Part shown: positions 48,461 to 61,551 of the stretch, in pieces
Layout of the letters: the number at the start of each line of letters is the position of its first letter
How positions within the stretch are numbered: position 1 is the first letter of the stretch
NCBI RefSeq assembly: GCF_035084215.1
Contig: NC_090363.1
Location: forward strand, 5,828,001-5,892,000
Direction of reading: 5' to 3'
Origin: Heptranchias perlo
Lineage: Eukaryota
Length of the DNA: 64,000 nucleotides
Made by a program: the position numbers and the translations under genes
The notes under the pieces: model-generated
The model's database searches: none
What the model saw: the letters and a program-made list of their open reading frames with translations, nothing else
Told to the model about the DNA's origin: nothing

Positions 48461-48946
48461 CTGCGAGAAGGGAAAGATTTAACACAATGGAGACTATCTA
48501 CTGAGCAATTGAAATGAATTAATGAATAATATTTATGACAGAGAGCCGACTGACACTTACCTTGCACTCCCCAGCCTCACTGACGTAATTCCACCACCCC
48601 CCCCCCCCGCCTTTCCACCCCCCCCCCCCCCCCTTCCACCCGAACTACTTGAGGCCCCATTGATTATGTTCCAATTGCAATCAAACTACTCTGGCCATTT
48701 ACGCAGATTTAGGCCACGTTTACGTTCAGGCGAATGCTAATATTCAACAGGAAGTGTGATTGTAATTTGAACAGAAAATTGGCGAGGGATTGGCCGTAAT
48801 TTCGGGTGCACTCTCCAGGTTGTGCCCCAACAGGAAATTTAATAATGAGAATATAGCGGGCAGGTTTTAGATTGAATTTGTACTTTTTACGCAGAGTGAT
48901 TCAACTGTAGTCCAGTCCACATTTGAGTCACTGATGCATTTACCAA

Positions 48947-49073
48947 GGGGTAAATTTTACCGCCGGGAGTAACACAGGCCATCAATGGAAGTAAAAACCG
49001 TGTGATTTCTATTATGGGGCCTGACTTACAATGCCGGCTTTTCGCACGAGCGCCAAGTTGAAAAATTACCCCC
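48947..49073. mobile_element. Palindromic MITE
   Basis: GGGGTAAATTTT ... AAAAATTACCCC. Confidence 0.6.
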
Positions 49074-50619
49074 TTATCCAGTAAATGCATAATAAAATTC
49101 CATTCAGGGCCAATGTGCCTCACGGTTAAGTTACCCACACCCTCTGTTGATATTACTTAAGATGTTATTTATAGACTCCATTAAAATAATTGTGCATTTC
49201 ATTTCATTGTGAGTGTTTTAACAGATGAGTCAACTTTTCTCTGCTGATTATAATACAATGCAATAACGTGGTAGGTATAAACATGTATTTATTTCAGGTC
49301 TCGTTTTATTTATTCCTTTGACGTTATTTTCTCCTCTATTTCACCGCATGCATTGGACCAGTTAAAATTAACTCGGCCAGATTAATGCCGTAGCAACTCA
49401 TTACGCCTCTAATAGTACCAATAGCAAGTTCTAGATTATATTTTATTCTACCCAAATTTTACACTCTCTCAACCCATTGACTCCTACTGATGTCCATCTC
49501 CCCCATTACATCACCTGAGTAGTCATTTCCTGTGGGGGATTTCAAACAGCATTCGCCGTGGATGGAATCAGATCTTGATCTTGTTCTCACCTAGGGCCGC
49601 ACATGTCCATTTTCCAACAGGAGTCATTTGATATTGATCATGAGCAGGTACACTTCTTAGCCCAGAGTCACGGACGCCAATTGTACGGCGCCAAGTCTTG
49701 CTCCGTTAACACAGCACAAACCGGAACTGATCGAAAAGCATCTCCAGGCATCTCCTGGAGTCAAATCGCCTCCAAAGAGACCCTGATTATTCACCTCTCC
49801 CGAGATGATACTCGCTACTGGTCATTAACAACTGGCAATAGCTGCTTTGAACCTTCACGAAGCGAACAGGAGATGCCAGCAACGCGCTATGTAGCGAGGT
49901 GAGCTATAGAACTTACCAATACATTTTGACTGAATTTCCACCATCCTCGTGAATATAACGTGAACGCGAGGTTATATCCCATGGCATAACCGTTCCCCCA
50001 ATTAGAGATGTGAAGGTTCAGCGAAGGGCTCAAATCTGTCTGAAATCGATTATCTTAAGTATATAAGAACATATGTGCGTGTATTTATATATGCTACTTC
50101 CGAAAATGCCTGAGCTGTTGACTCAAAACTGATATTTCCCTTCAGATCTATGACAGGCAACTGCCTTTGGTGTGGTGGGAGGTTCTACACTTAGCAACTT
50201 GCTATGTGGCTATGTGGCAGTTTGCTGTGTCCAAAGCCGCATAGCAGACTTACTCATCAACAACTGCTGCATCCAAATGCTCAAGGCTCTTTTGCCAAAA
50301 GACGTGCCCACCATTAGGTCTTTCAGAGCACGGGGCAATGGTTGACGCTGGACCCATAACAACTCCCGCCCACCCCACCCATCACCACCCCGAAACTGTT
50401 TGGTCCTTTTACAACAACAACTTGCATAGCGCTTTATAGGAGCGCTATCAAACAAAATGTCACAGTTCTCCCATAAAACTACCTTGCAGCTTAGTTCTGG
50501 ATCTGGCTAATGGACGGGAAGAAGCTATTCCGGACTGTAGGGGAAGAATAGCTCTTGAGGTTATTTTCAGTTACATCACAAATGCATTCGTTTCGAATTA
50601 ATTGATAATGCCGTAACAT

Positions 50620-51035
50620 AGACTTATAGAATCTTATAACACAGAAAGAGGCCATTCTGCCCATCAGTGCCTGTGCCAGCTCTTTGAAAGAGCTATCAAA
50701 TTATTCCCACTCCCCCACTCTTCCTCCATAGTTGTGAAAACTGGTCCTTTTCAAGTCTATATCCAATTCCCCTTCGAAAGTTTCTACTGACCCTATTCCC
50801 ACCACCATTTCATTCAGTGTATTCCAGATCATAACAATTGGCTGTGTAAATAAAATTCTCCTCGTTTCCCCTCTGGTTCTTCAGCCAATTATCTTCCCTG
50901 TATCCTTTGGTTACCCACCCCTCCGCCAGTAGAAACAGTTTCTCTTCATGGGCTATATCAAAACCTCTCATCATTCTGAACACCTGTATTAAATCTCCCC
51001 TTAACCTCCTCTGCTCTAAGGAGAACAGTCCCAGA
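50620..51035 (-). mobile_element. CR1 3' end
   Basis: Same subfamily as 3637-4020. Confidence 0.75.
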
Positions 51036-51799
51036 GACCAGAAAAAATCTTCATCCCAAATATCTTCTGTAGACCAGTAGCTTAACTTAAACTCAAATGT
51101 CTAAGGGTCCTTGTGGTTTTGGTTTTAAAGTGCATAAAACCATCAAGCATTTGTACATGTTGCCTTTTCTCGCAGAAGCCCGGATGCAACAGTACCGCTG
51201 AAAGCTGTAACCATCAAAAAATTAAAGCTTATATATGTTGGAGTATAGATTAAGGTCAATTATTCACGTGTATTGGAACAATATGTTTCGCAAGAAAACT
51301 GAACAAATTACCGCTCCAGTTTTCAGCGTGAAAGTAACAGGTCTAAAGGGTGTGTGGGCGTCGCTTGCTTGTAGCAAACTTAAACCACAAAACACCACCT
51401 GATAAGAAGCAACTATGCCAGATATTGAAGTAGTATTTTCCATCACGGGTTGATGAGAGCAGAAATTATTTGTATGACAAGTTGAGAAATTATCATTTAT
51501 CATTATTGAACCACGCGATCCGCATTGCAAAACAAGATGCCTTTTTCTGAGAGAAACCAAGTGTTGCGTGATGGAAAAATAAATCATCTATCTTTTGATC
51601 ATGTACTTTTCAAGGTTGAAATGACTCTAAATGGTAGCTTTTCTTTTAATAGATGATGGATTCTAGAGTGGTAATAATATTCGGTTAAAATATTTATCAG
51701 GGCGTATTATAGCTATTACTGGGACAATATATTAGGCTGCTCTTTTGAGCAGGCGAGCAGGAGACACAAAGGAAGTGAGGTCCTACTTTAAATATGTCG

Positions 51800-53750
51800 A
51801 TCGCGTCCGATGATGGGAACCTGCGCCGGGAGTCAGAAGAGAGTAAAGTTGAAAGCAGCAAGAGAGGGGAGGACCCAGGGGGAATTTACAATACAAATAG
51901 TACAAATAGTTGTTCAAGAACAAGTGAAAGGGAAAAGCGTAGAGCAGCATAAATTAAATGTACTTTAGGCACGACAGATAAAGTGAAATCTAGAAGGTGT
52001 AAAGCGATTAACCCAGCATCAAAGCTGAAGGTCAGGCTAGGGTGTGTGTCCCAACTAAGAGTTCTATATACAAACGTACGGAGTTTAAGAAATAAATTAA
52101 ATGAACTACAGGCACAAATTCAAGTTGGAGGGTATGACATGATAGCTATTACTGAGACATGGCTACAGGATGGTCAGGGTTGGGAACTAAATATACCGGG
52201 TTATAAGGTCTACAGGAGAGATAGGGAAAATGGAAGAGGGGGAGGAGTAGCCTTAATGATTAGAGATGAAATCGCTTCAATGATAAAGGAGGATATAATG
52301 AGAGGTAAGCAGCCAACAGAGACCTTATGGGTTGAATTGAGAAATAGGAAAGGATCTAAGACTATAGTGGGAGTTGTGTATAGGACCCCTGGTGGCAGCT
52401 CTGAAGTGCTAGATTGTATGAATGCAGAGATTAGACAAGTGTGTAACAAAGGCATAGTGGTCTTAATGGGGGACTTTAACCTTCACGTAGATTGGGAAAA
52501 GCAGACTAGCAACTGTCAGAAAGGTAGTGAATTTCTTGAGTGTATCCGGGAAAATTTTTCTACAGCAGTATGTCCTAGAGGCAACAAGGGGGCAAGCCAT
52601 ACTAGATTTAATAATGAGTAATGAACCAGATTTGGTTAACAGCTTAACTGTGCGTGAACATCTATCCAATAGCGATCATAACATGATCGAGTTCAAGGTA
52701 GTGTTTGAAAGGGAAAAAAGTGAATCAGCTGCTAAGATTCTAGACTTGAGTAAGGCCGACTTCAATGTGATGAGACAGAGACTGTCCACAATAAACTGGG
52801 CAAATCTGTTAATGGGTAAAACGACTGGTAATCAGTGGGAAATGTTTAAAGAAACATTTAACGTGATACTGAACTGGTTTATACCCCTGAGGGGCAAGAA
52901 CTCCACTTGCCAAAAGAAAAAGCCATGGACAACCAAAGAGGTAAGGGACAGTATAAGACATAAGGAAAGGGCATACAAAAAGGCAAAAAATAGCACAGAT
53001 ACTGGTGAATGGGAAAGATACAAAGATCAACAAAGGGTCCCAAAACAGATAGCAAGAGCTACAAAAAGAGTGTATGAAAAGAAACTTGCAAGGGATATCA
53101 AAACCAATACAAAGAACTTTTATAGTTATATTAGGAAAAAGAGGGTGGTCAGGAGCAGTGTTGGCCCCTTAAAAACTGAAAGTGGGGATATTGTCATTGA
53201 CAATGGGGAAATGGCGAACATGTTGAATAACTACTTTGTGTTAGTATTTACAGTAGAAAAAGAGGATAGCATGCCAGAAATCCCAAGAAAACTAATATTG
53301 AATCGGGGACAGGGGCTCAATAAAATTAACTTAAATAAAGCAACAGTAATGAAGAAAATAATAGCACTAAAGAGTGACAAATCCCCAGGACCAGAATATT
53401 TCCATCCCAGGGTTTTAAAGGAAGTAGGTGAGCACATTGCAGATGACCTAACTATAATCTTTCAAAGTTCTCTAGATTCAGGAACCGTCCCTCTAGATTG
53501 GAAAATTGCACATGTCACTCTGCTTTTTAAGAAAGGAGAGAGAGGGAAACAAGGGAATTATAGACCAGTTAGCCGAACATCTGTTGCGGGGAAAATGCTG
53601 GAGTCTATAATTAAGGATAGGGTGACTGAACACCTCGAAAATTTTCTGTTAATCAAAGAGAGCCAGCATGGAGTTGAGAAAGATAGGTCGTGCCTGACAA
53701 ATCTGATTGAATTTTTTGAAGAGGTGACTAAAGTAGTGGACAGGGGAATG
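51800..53750 (+). mobile_element. CR1 ORF2 5' part: AP endonuclease and RT N-terminus, one frameshift
   Basis: LYTNVRSLRNK, IAITETWL, GGGVAL, MGDFN, SDHN, KSPGP, NYRPVS, RSCLTNLIEFFE. Confidence 0.92.
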
Positions 53751-53754
53751 TTAT

Positions 53755-54340
53755 TTATATGTGACTCACCTCCTGACTCCCCACAGCCTCTCCACCATCT
53801 ACAAGGCACAAGTCAGGAGTGTGATGGAATACTCTCCTCTTGCCTGGATGAGTGCAGCTCCAACAACACTCAAGAAGCTCGACACCATCCAGGACAAAGC
53901 AGCCCGCTTGATTGGCACCCCATCCACCACCCTAAACATTCACTCCCTTCACCACCGGCGCACTGTGGCTCCAGTGCGTACCATCCACAGGATGCACTGT
54001 AGCAACTCGCCAAGGCTTCTTCGACAGCACCTCCCAAACCCGTGACCTCTACCACCTAGAAGGACAAGAGCAGCAGGTACATGGGAATAACACCACTTGC
54101 ACGTTTCCCTCCAAGTCACACACCATCCCAACTTGGAAATATATCGCCGTTCCTTCATTTTCGCTGGGTCAAAATCCTGGAACTCCCTTCCTAACAGCAC
54201 TGTGGGAGAACCTTCACCACACGGACTGCAGCGGTTCAAGAAGGCGACTCACCACCACCTTCTCAAGGGCAATTAGGGATGGGCAATAAATGCCGGCCTC
54301 GCCAGCGACGCCCACATCCCATGAACGAATAAAAAAAAGT
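53755..54340 (+). mobile_element. Zenon-like CR1-clade LINE 3' end
   Basis: IYKAQVRSVMEYSPLAW...SLHHRRTVA; 3' end gggcaattagggatgggcaataaatgcc followed by poly-A. Confidence 0.8.
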
Positions 54341-56029
54341 CAAAGGAGAATAGTATCGGGCAAGGCTAAAACCGGCCTCTTGATCATGTGGGTGTCCCGC
54401 CCAGCGAGTTAGATTAAAACGACTTAACTCGGGCAGGGTGTAAAACCAGCGTTGCACCCGAACCTGCCAGTTAACCAACCTGCCGTTTAGGTTAAAATTG
54501 CCCCCTACATCCTTTCCAATTTTATTTCCACTGACTTCAATGGTAAATTGGGAGAGGTGCAAAACGGGCTGCCAATTCGGTGTTACCCATTTTACATCAT
54601 TGCGTAAATTCAAGATCAACCCCTGTGAATTATCTCTGTTTGACTTCAAGTCTTCTTACTTCCTAGAGACACAAGGCCCGGGTAAGGGGATAATATTGAC
54701 TTGAAGGATCATTGCCGGTATTTATGATTCTTAGTATAAAGAAGGACTTCCTGATATCAATTATAAACCTGCTATTTACCAGATAGAACCTACCTTCCCT
54801 TTTATCTTCCCCGAATCTCTGTCCCCCCAAAACAGGTGTCTGTTTTTTTCCTCTCACTCTGTCCTATGAAATGATCTGAGACATTGTTCTGTGGATGAGC
54901 AGCTCTGTAGAAATAGATAATAATTATATCCTATTATTTAACTGTATAGCAACAATTCCAATTGATTGTTACCAAGAACAGAAATAGAAAGACAACAAAA
55001 AGTTCGCCTGAAATGCACGTTTAATGAAAAGAGCAAGAACGTTGCATTTTACGATACAAGACTGTAAAACTGTTTGATAAATTCAGGCATACACCTCATC
55101 CGCATTCCTTTCAATTCTGCTTGTAACTATACTTCATCATTTTCAGTTGCTAGTTGGACGCAATGTACAAGCATACACATTGTATAGAACTCCTTTCCTT
55201 AGTTAAATGTGGATTTACAAGGGTTTTCACCTTCCAGTTAAACAAAGAAAAAAGCTGGTCTATTCTCCAGTCAACAGCTGTCAAGAGTGCAAACCTTTGG
55301 ACACCAATTTGGGGGTCATCTGTGAATATTGACTTCTAGGCCACCTCTAACAAACAATTGTAGAGCATAACGCACAAAACAAGGACCAGTTTTATTATTG
55401 AGAAATCTAGGTATAGGGCTCAAACTCACAGCACAGAACAACACAAAGGTTGAGAAGAGTCAAGAAAAGGGGATAAGTTTTGAAAGCCTATGGATTGTAG
55501 GAGGTAGGGTGGATAAGAGGATTGAGAAGCCCCGCAGTTCTAAGGCCCCGGGGAAGAATGACTTCAAGCTGCACATTGTGTGAGTAACCTTTATTTGTAA
55601 AGGACGACGGTACAAGGAGGAGGAAGAAAGCATACGATGTTGTACTTGTAGTATGAGAGGAACAAGAGAAGCTCAGAGGAGCAATGAACATAGCGGCGTC
55701 GATAAAATACAAGTCCGAAAAGCTGCGACAAAAAAAAGAGATGTGTAAATAATTTCCCTTCTAATATTTAGGTATTCGAAAGCTTTTCATTATTTGTGAA
55801 TCATATCAATTATTCCTGACAGCAGGCCACCCAACACCTAAAAGCAACTTCAAAGGAAGGAGAGGTATTTAAAATTTCATACATGTATTCTACATCAATG
55901 TTCAAAAACTAGTTATCTCACAAAACAGTAACACTGTAATTAGATGTTTTAATCTCACGGTTTGTTTGATACAGCAGGTGGTGAAATAGATATGTGGTAA
56001 AAACCAGACAGTGCCACACTGGTTGGAAT

Positions 56030-56116
56030 CTACTGCATGTTCTTTCTTGTCTGTGGTCCACGTTTTTGCTTTGTCTTAACTTCATTACCGTGACAATGAA
56101 GATAACTCTCTTCATG
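56030..56116 (-). CDS. Gene D candidate distal last exon (HEESYLHCHGNEVKTKQKRGPQTRKNMQ*)
   Basis: gttctttctccaaAG|CAT, phase 0, 29 codons including the stop. A nearer acceptor around 58683 would instead give KYENNM*. Confidence 0.35.
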   Translation of the reverse strand, partial: HEESYLHCHGNEVKTKQKRGPQTRKNMQ

Positions 56117-56859
56117 CTTTGGAGAAAGAACATGAACATTATGTTGATTTGTATCAAGACAAAAAGAAGGCATTCTTTCACCACTAAATTTTATACAGCA
56201 CGCATTTATTTCATAACCGTTGCGTTATTCCCTTCAGAACCTGTTTAAACTTGTAACGGTCTACAAATTACACCGTGCCAAATTAGGCTTTTCTAAGGCA
56301 TGTGTGGAATTCAACAGTTTTATCTTGGACAAATTGAGTTGTGCTGGGAAACAGTGCCATGAGTCTTTGATTTTTACACAGAGGGTGCAGAGAGCAGGCG
56401 TACGGAGCTAAGGAGGAATACGACATAGGCGACTATCGGAACAGTGTCAGTATGAATAAAATGGGGGAAAACAGATTTAAAAGGATGCCACAGTGAAAGA
56501 GAGAGAGGCAGAAAGAGATTCCTAATACCGTAATGCTGGATTACATTGTAGAACTATAATAACTCTGCATTTACAGGTCTCAGTTACATGCATGCACGAA
56601 GGATATCTATGTGGAAAGCTCCCAGAGGAGAAAGCTTGTTTTGTAAACATTTTGCGTAAAGTCTTTGTTAGCTTTAAAAGAAAGAGTCCAAATGATCCAT
56701 CTAACTTCCTGGGGACTTTGCAAAATCATTCCACAGAGATTTAAACTCTCTACAGTCAAACAAAAAGCTCCCTCTTCCAGGCGAAGCCCTCACTCTGGGT
56801 ATAGGTAAAAGGGTAAAAGATATACCCTTTGCAATGTTTGTATCGTCCTTAGGTAAAAG

Positions 56860-57430
56860 GTATTGAGGGCGCAGAATTCTTAAAATGCATTCACGAGAAC
56901 TTTTTTAGCTGGTACATAGCAAACCCAACAAGAGAGTGGGCAGTTCTGGATTGAGTTTTAGGGAATAAAGCTGGGCAGGTGGAAGGAGTATCAATGGGAG
57001 AGCGTTTTGGCGACAGTAATCATAATTCAGTTAGATTTAGCGTTCTTATGGAAAAGGACAAAGATAGAACAGGAGTAAAAGTTCTTAATTGGGGAAAAGC
57101 CAAATTTACTAACCTGATTTGGCAAAAGTGGACTGGAAACAGCTATTTGAAGGTAAATCAGTGTCAGACCAGAGGGAGGCATTTAAGGAGGAAAGTGTTC
57201 AGAGCAAGTATGTTCCCACAAAGATAAAGTGTGGGACTCCCAAATCTAGAGTGCCCTGGGTTTTAAGGAGCATACAGGGGGGGATAAGACAAAAAAGGGA
57301 AGCTTATGTCAGATACCGAGAGCTCAATACTGCAGAAAGCCTAGAGGATATAGAAAGTGCAGGGGTAAAATTAAATAGGAAATTAGGAAAACAAATAGAG
57401 GACATGAAAAAAACATTGACAAGTAAAATC
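56860..57430 (+). mobile_element. CR1 ORF2 fragment
   Basis: VSMGERFGDSNHNSVRF, LNWGKAKF. Confidence 0.8.
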
Positions 57431-58843
57431 AACCCGATCCCATGATTTCCTGCCCGGTGAGCTGGGTTTAAATTACCCCTTCTGTGCGATATCTGTGCAG
57501 TTGTGAGTCTGCCTGTGTGGGAGTGGGTGAGAAGAGGTTAAGACGTAAGAACAGAATAACGCTCTGCCTCAGCTTGGGGCAAGGCTGAAAGTCACCTTCC
57601 CCTAATGCCTATATGTAACTTCAGAGTCCTACTCCAGGTCAGTTCTGTGTCTCCCCCACTCCCGTATTATGTGTCATCTTGGCATGAAAGCAGAGAAATA
57701 GCGTAGACGTGTTAAAGGAGCACATCCACAGTAATAGACACATGTCCATATCTACAGCCCACCCCGTGTGTTGGCAAGAAGCGATACAGCAAGCAATTGA
57801 CTTCTGCCTTATGAAGATGGTAGTCCGCCAAAGGTTTCAATTCTGATTTGCACTTTGAGTCTGTGGGTATGCGTGGTAAAAATGGAAAGAGATGTAGCGT
57901 TTTGTTACTGACTGTACAATGATATTCGGCGTTTTAAGGTATAATAATTGTAATGCCACGGGGGTGAGGAATGGAACGTTCATCTTTTATTTATTATTAA
58001 AGAATATCATTACACGAACGTATTGTTTCTAACCCTAATTTCACTTTGTGAACCGTCTTGGCACGTTTACTAACGCTAAAGGAGCTACATAGTTACATGT
58101 TGTGGTTAAAAGTAAGAAGATGAAATAAGTTGTGAAACCTTGACTCTAGGTTGTAAAATACATTGTTCTCAACCAGGTACCTGCTTACTTTTTAAAAGAA
58201 TTGCACGAATTAATATTGACCGTTTAGGTTTTTGTAAACAGAAGGTACTGCTGAAATACTTTCTATTGGCAGATTCCAGCAACAGAATCTATAATTTTTT
58301 CAACTATTAAAATCATGATGAACTGTTCGGAATATTGTAATGCCTTCTGTATCTAATGGAAAAAAGGGAAATTCTGGCGAGGTGTAAAACGATTCGTTAT
58401 CGCCCGTTTTTCGTCCGGCGATAAAAGTTAAAACAACCCCCCTTGTTTGAAAGTGCCGGCCGTGCCTACGTTGAGAGCACATAAAAATGTAGAAATGTAA
58501 TGAAAAGCTATGGGTGGCATGCTGGAAATTTGAAAGGGGTAGATAGGTGAACGACCTGAAACTGCTTTCTGGTTCTGTCATGGACCAACCTACATTGCAT
58601 TTCTAATATTTTCCTCCTTTTATTTCAATTAAAAAACATGTATCATCATATTTTGCTTTGATCACATATTGTTCTCATATTTCTGCAGGTCAAATCGTTG
58701 TCATTCCAATGTTTTATTGATGCATTTTTGATAAGTATTTTGATGCAATCAATAATTTTGCACAAAAATGTGGAAGTGGAATTTTATAATATTTTATACA
58801 TGACACACAACACATGCAACTAGACAGACAAACAAGCATTTAC

Positions 58844-58887
58844 CTGATGATTGGCATGGCTTTGTACTTTGTTTCTGTGTGGCAATT
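58844..58887 (-). CDS. Gene D candidate alternative cytoplasmic exon (ELPHRNKVQSHANHQ)
   Basis: cctgtttcgccccaaacAG|AA ... CAG|GTAAAT; phase 1 to 0, open. Confidence 0.5.
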
Positions 58888-59154
58888 CTGTTTGGGGCGA
58901 AACAGGAATAAAGTTATTAAAATGCTTAAGGCAATTCCTTTAAATTATATCTGAAGTTCTGGTGATTAATATTTTCAATTTCAAAATGTACTCTCGGATG
59001 CATTTATAGTCAAGTTTCCAGCCGGGTAGGAACTCGGCTATGTTGCATGATCTTTCTGGAATTCTCCTACCGAGGAGAGAGCTCTGTTTAGATACATGTG
59101 CAGATAACCCTCTCGACGTTTAAAATAAACTTTCAAGAAGAAAGTAGAAGTAAA

Positions 59155-59920
59155 GAAAGCAGCAGTTACACAGCGCCTTTCACGACCTCAGGACGACCCA
59201 AAGCGCTTTACAACCAATGAAGCACTTTTGAAGTGTAGTCACTGTTGTTATGTAAGAAACTACACAGTCAATTTCGACAGCACCTCCCAAACCCGCGACC
59301 TCTACCACCTAGAAGGACAAGGGCAGCAGGCACATGGGAACAACATCACCTGCACGTTCCCCTCCAAGTCACACACCATCCCGACTTGGAAATATATCGC
59401 CGTTCCTTCATCGTCGCTGGGTCAAAATCCTGGAACTCCCTTCCTAACAGCACTGTGGGAGAACCTTCACCACACGGACTGCAGCGGTTCAAGTAGGCGG
59501 CTCACCACCACCTTCTCGAGGGCAATTAGGGATGGGCAATAAATGCCGGCCTTGCCAGCGATGCCCACATCCCATGAACGAATTTAAAAAAAATTGCGCA
59601 CAGCATGTTCCCACAAACAGCAATGAAATAAATGACCAGATCATCTGTTTTACATGTTGTTTGAGGGATAAATGCTGCCTAGGTCAAAGGGAGAACTCCC
59701 CTGCTGTCACATCTTCTATGTCCACATGAGAGGGCAAACAGGACCTCAGTATAACATTGCATCTGAAAGACCGCAGCATTTTGACAGTGCAGCACTCCCT
59801 CAGCATTGCACTGGAGTGTCAGCCTCGATTATTTGCTCAGGTCTCTGGAAGTGAACTTAAATCCATCACCTTCTGACTGAGAGCCGCGAGTGCTACGCAC
59901 TGAGCCACGGCTGACACTGA
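59155..59920 (-). mobile_element. Deu-SINE interrupted by a Zenon-like LINE 3' end (about 59275-59592, + strand)
   Basis: SINE tail and head flank a near copy of 54022-54340. Confidence 0.8.
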
Positions 59921-59992
59921 AGGGGTACCGTTCCATATTTTCCTTTCTCTTATTGTCTCTGCTATATAATTCCTATGAATGGCTTTTAAGGA

Positions 59993-60173
59993 GATATTTT
60001 TAACCGAACTCTCCAGCGGAAAACTTACTGGATCGGGTGGAATGCTCGATTTATACCCCGCCCAATATTACTCTCCACTGACTTCAATTGAGAGTAAAAT
60101 CGTGCGTATGTAAAACCAGCGTTGCACCCGATCCTATCAGTTTCCCAACAGGCCGATTAGGTTAAAATTGGCC
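59993..60173. mobile_element. Palindromic MITE
   Basis: atttttaacc...actggatcgggtg / cacccgatcctatcagt...ggttaaaatt. Confidence 0.65.
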
Positions 60174-60397
60174 ATTTTCAGTTGATGACATTAAGTCCCG
60201 CTTCAATTACTGGGACAATTTTCTTTTTGAAAATTATTTTGAGAACTATATTCATATTATAAAGATGCAGAACTCATTCCACATAACTATAGTCTAGTTA
60301 ACATTCACATAGCGTTCACTCGCACTGAAAGAAACAAGAGAGGATTCATTAAATCAATTAAGCGACTCATTAAACACTCAAGTATTAATTATTTGCT

Positions 60398-60525
60398 TCA
60401 TATTCCATGCTTGTCGCTGGCTATAATGAAGGCTTCTGTCTTTGCTGATACTAATGGAATATAAACCAAGCGCCAATCGTTATCACATTGTATGTTCCAT
60501 TTAGGCGAGAGCCTTTTATCCCTGC
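60398..60525 (-). CDS. Gene D candidate proximal last exon with ITIM LVYIPL
   Basis: ttttactatttccgctAG|GC, phase 1; GRDKRLSPKWNIQCDNDWRLVYIPLVSAKTEAFIIASDKHGI*. Confidence 0.45.
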
Positions 60526-60564
60526 CTAGCGGAAATAGTAAAATCGAAGCAAAACAATGGCTGA

Positions 60565-60628
60565 CACACACACACACAAATAAACAGACACACAAACACA
60601 CACACACACACAAACACATACACGCGCG
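60565..60628. repeat. (CA)n-rich microsatellite
   Basis: Directly visible. Confidence 0.9.
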
Positions 60629-60697
60629 CTCTGTTCAACTTGTTACAAGCAGTTCACAGTCTGTCAAATAAACCAAATAAATGTGCGAACCACTTAC

Positions 60698-60732
60698 CCG
60701 GCTCTTTGGCAGAATCGAAAGAAGTACATTCT
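60698..60732 (-). CDS. Gene D 35-nt cytoplasmic micro-exon (ECTSFDSAKEP)
   Basis: ttcttattctacAG|A ... CCGG|GTAAGT; phase 2 to 1, in frame with the previous micro-exon. Confidence 0.65.
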
Positions 60733-60853
60733 CTGTAGAATAAGAAGATATTTAGCAGGCGTGTTATTTAACTGTAATTTTTCGTAGTTTGTAAACTTTT
60801 AGAAGAAAGCATTACAGATTACAATTCGGCAAGGAAACTATTGTTTGGCTTAC

Positions 60854-60872
60854 CTGACAAGCAAAGCGTAAG
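60854..60872 (-). CDS. Gene D 19-nt cytoplasmic micro-exon (AYALLVR)
   Basis: tttttaatttacAG|CT ... CAG|GTAAGC; phase 1 to 2. Confidence 0.65.
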
Positions 60873-61416
60873 CTGTAAATTAAAAAGAATGCAGAAATGT
60901 AATTCGTGGTTAATGCAGTTATTGATAATGCTATTGGCGATTATAGTAACAATACAATGTCATCAACTCTCAAAATTATGAAATCCTCCAAATGTACATT
61001 CATCTCTGCTGGATGTCTTTACTGTTAGACCTGATGACTTGATAATAGGATTTTAAGAATAATGAGCGGCGCCCCTAATATTTTTTTTCGTTTCCTGGTT
61101 AGTGTCTCTTTAATTGTTTTATTTTTTCCTATATTTGGCAGATGATAACAAATTACATGCATAAGATAAAGTTACTTTTTATCCCACATTCCCTGAGAAA
61201 TACCGTGTGCCTCAGCACACTATCACTAGTTTGAAAAAGTCATCCTGATCACAAGGTTCCTAATTCATTGCACAATGGGAAATCTTTTGAAAATTCACCA
61301 CAAAGTAGTAAAAAGAAAACTGTATCGTATTATGACGATTTCTTGTTATTCTGAGGCATTGGATAGAAAATGTGATGATTCTACAGCTTGTTAATTATTT
61401 TGAACATTTGAAGTAC

Positions 61417-61551
61417 CTTTATTTCGCCTAACAAGGACTGCAATCACCACAAGCAGTGTCAGGGTAATTAGTATTGTCACTCCACCTGCCACTGCGACCC
61501 ACATCCAATCAAACTGTGAGCTTTTTAAACTGTTTGGTTTGTCACAAGAAT
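61417..61551 (-). CDS. Gene D stalk (Cys)/uncharged TM exon
   Basis: ttctttctacAG|AT ... AAAG|GTACT; HSCDKPNSLKSSQFDWMWVAVAGGVTILITLTLLVVIAVLVRRNK. Confidence 0.85.

Noticed and set aside
48522-48740. Poly-proline ORF
   Set aside because: Produced by poly-C runs in the Harbinger sub-terminal region.
52527-54002. 491-aa ORF as a host gene
   Set aside because: It is CR1 ORF2 (endonuclease/RT) reading through into another LINE out of frame.
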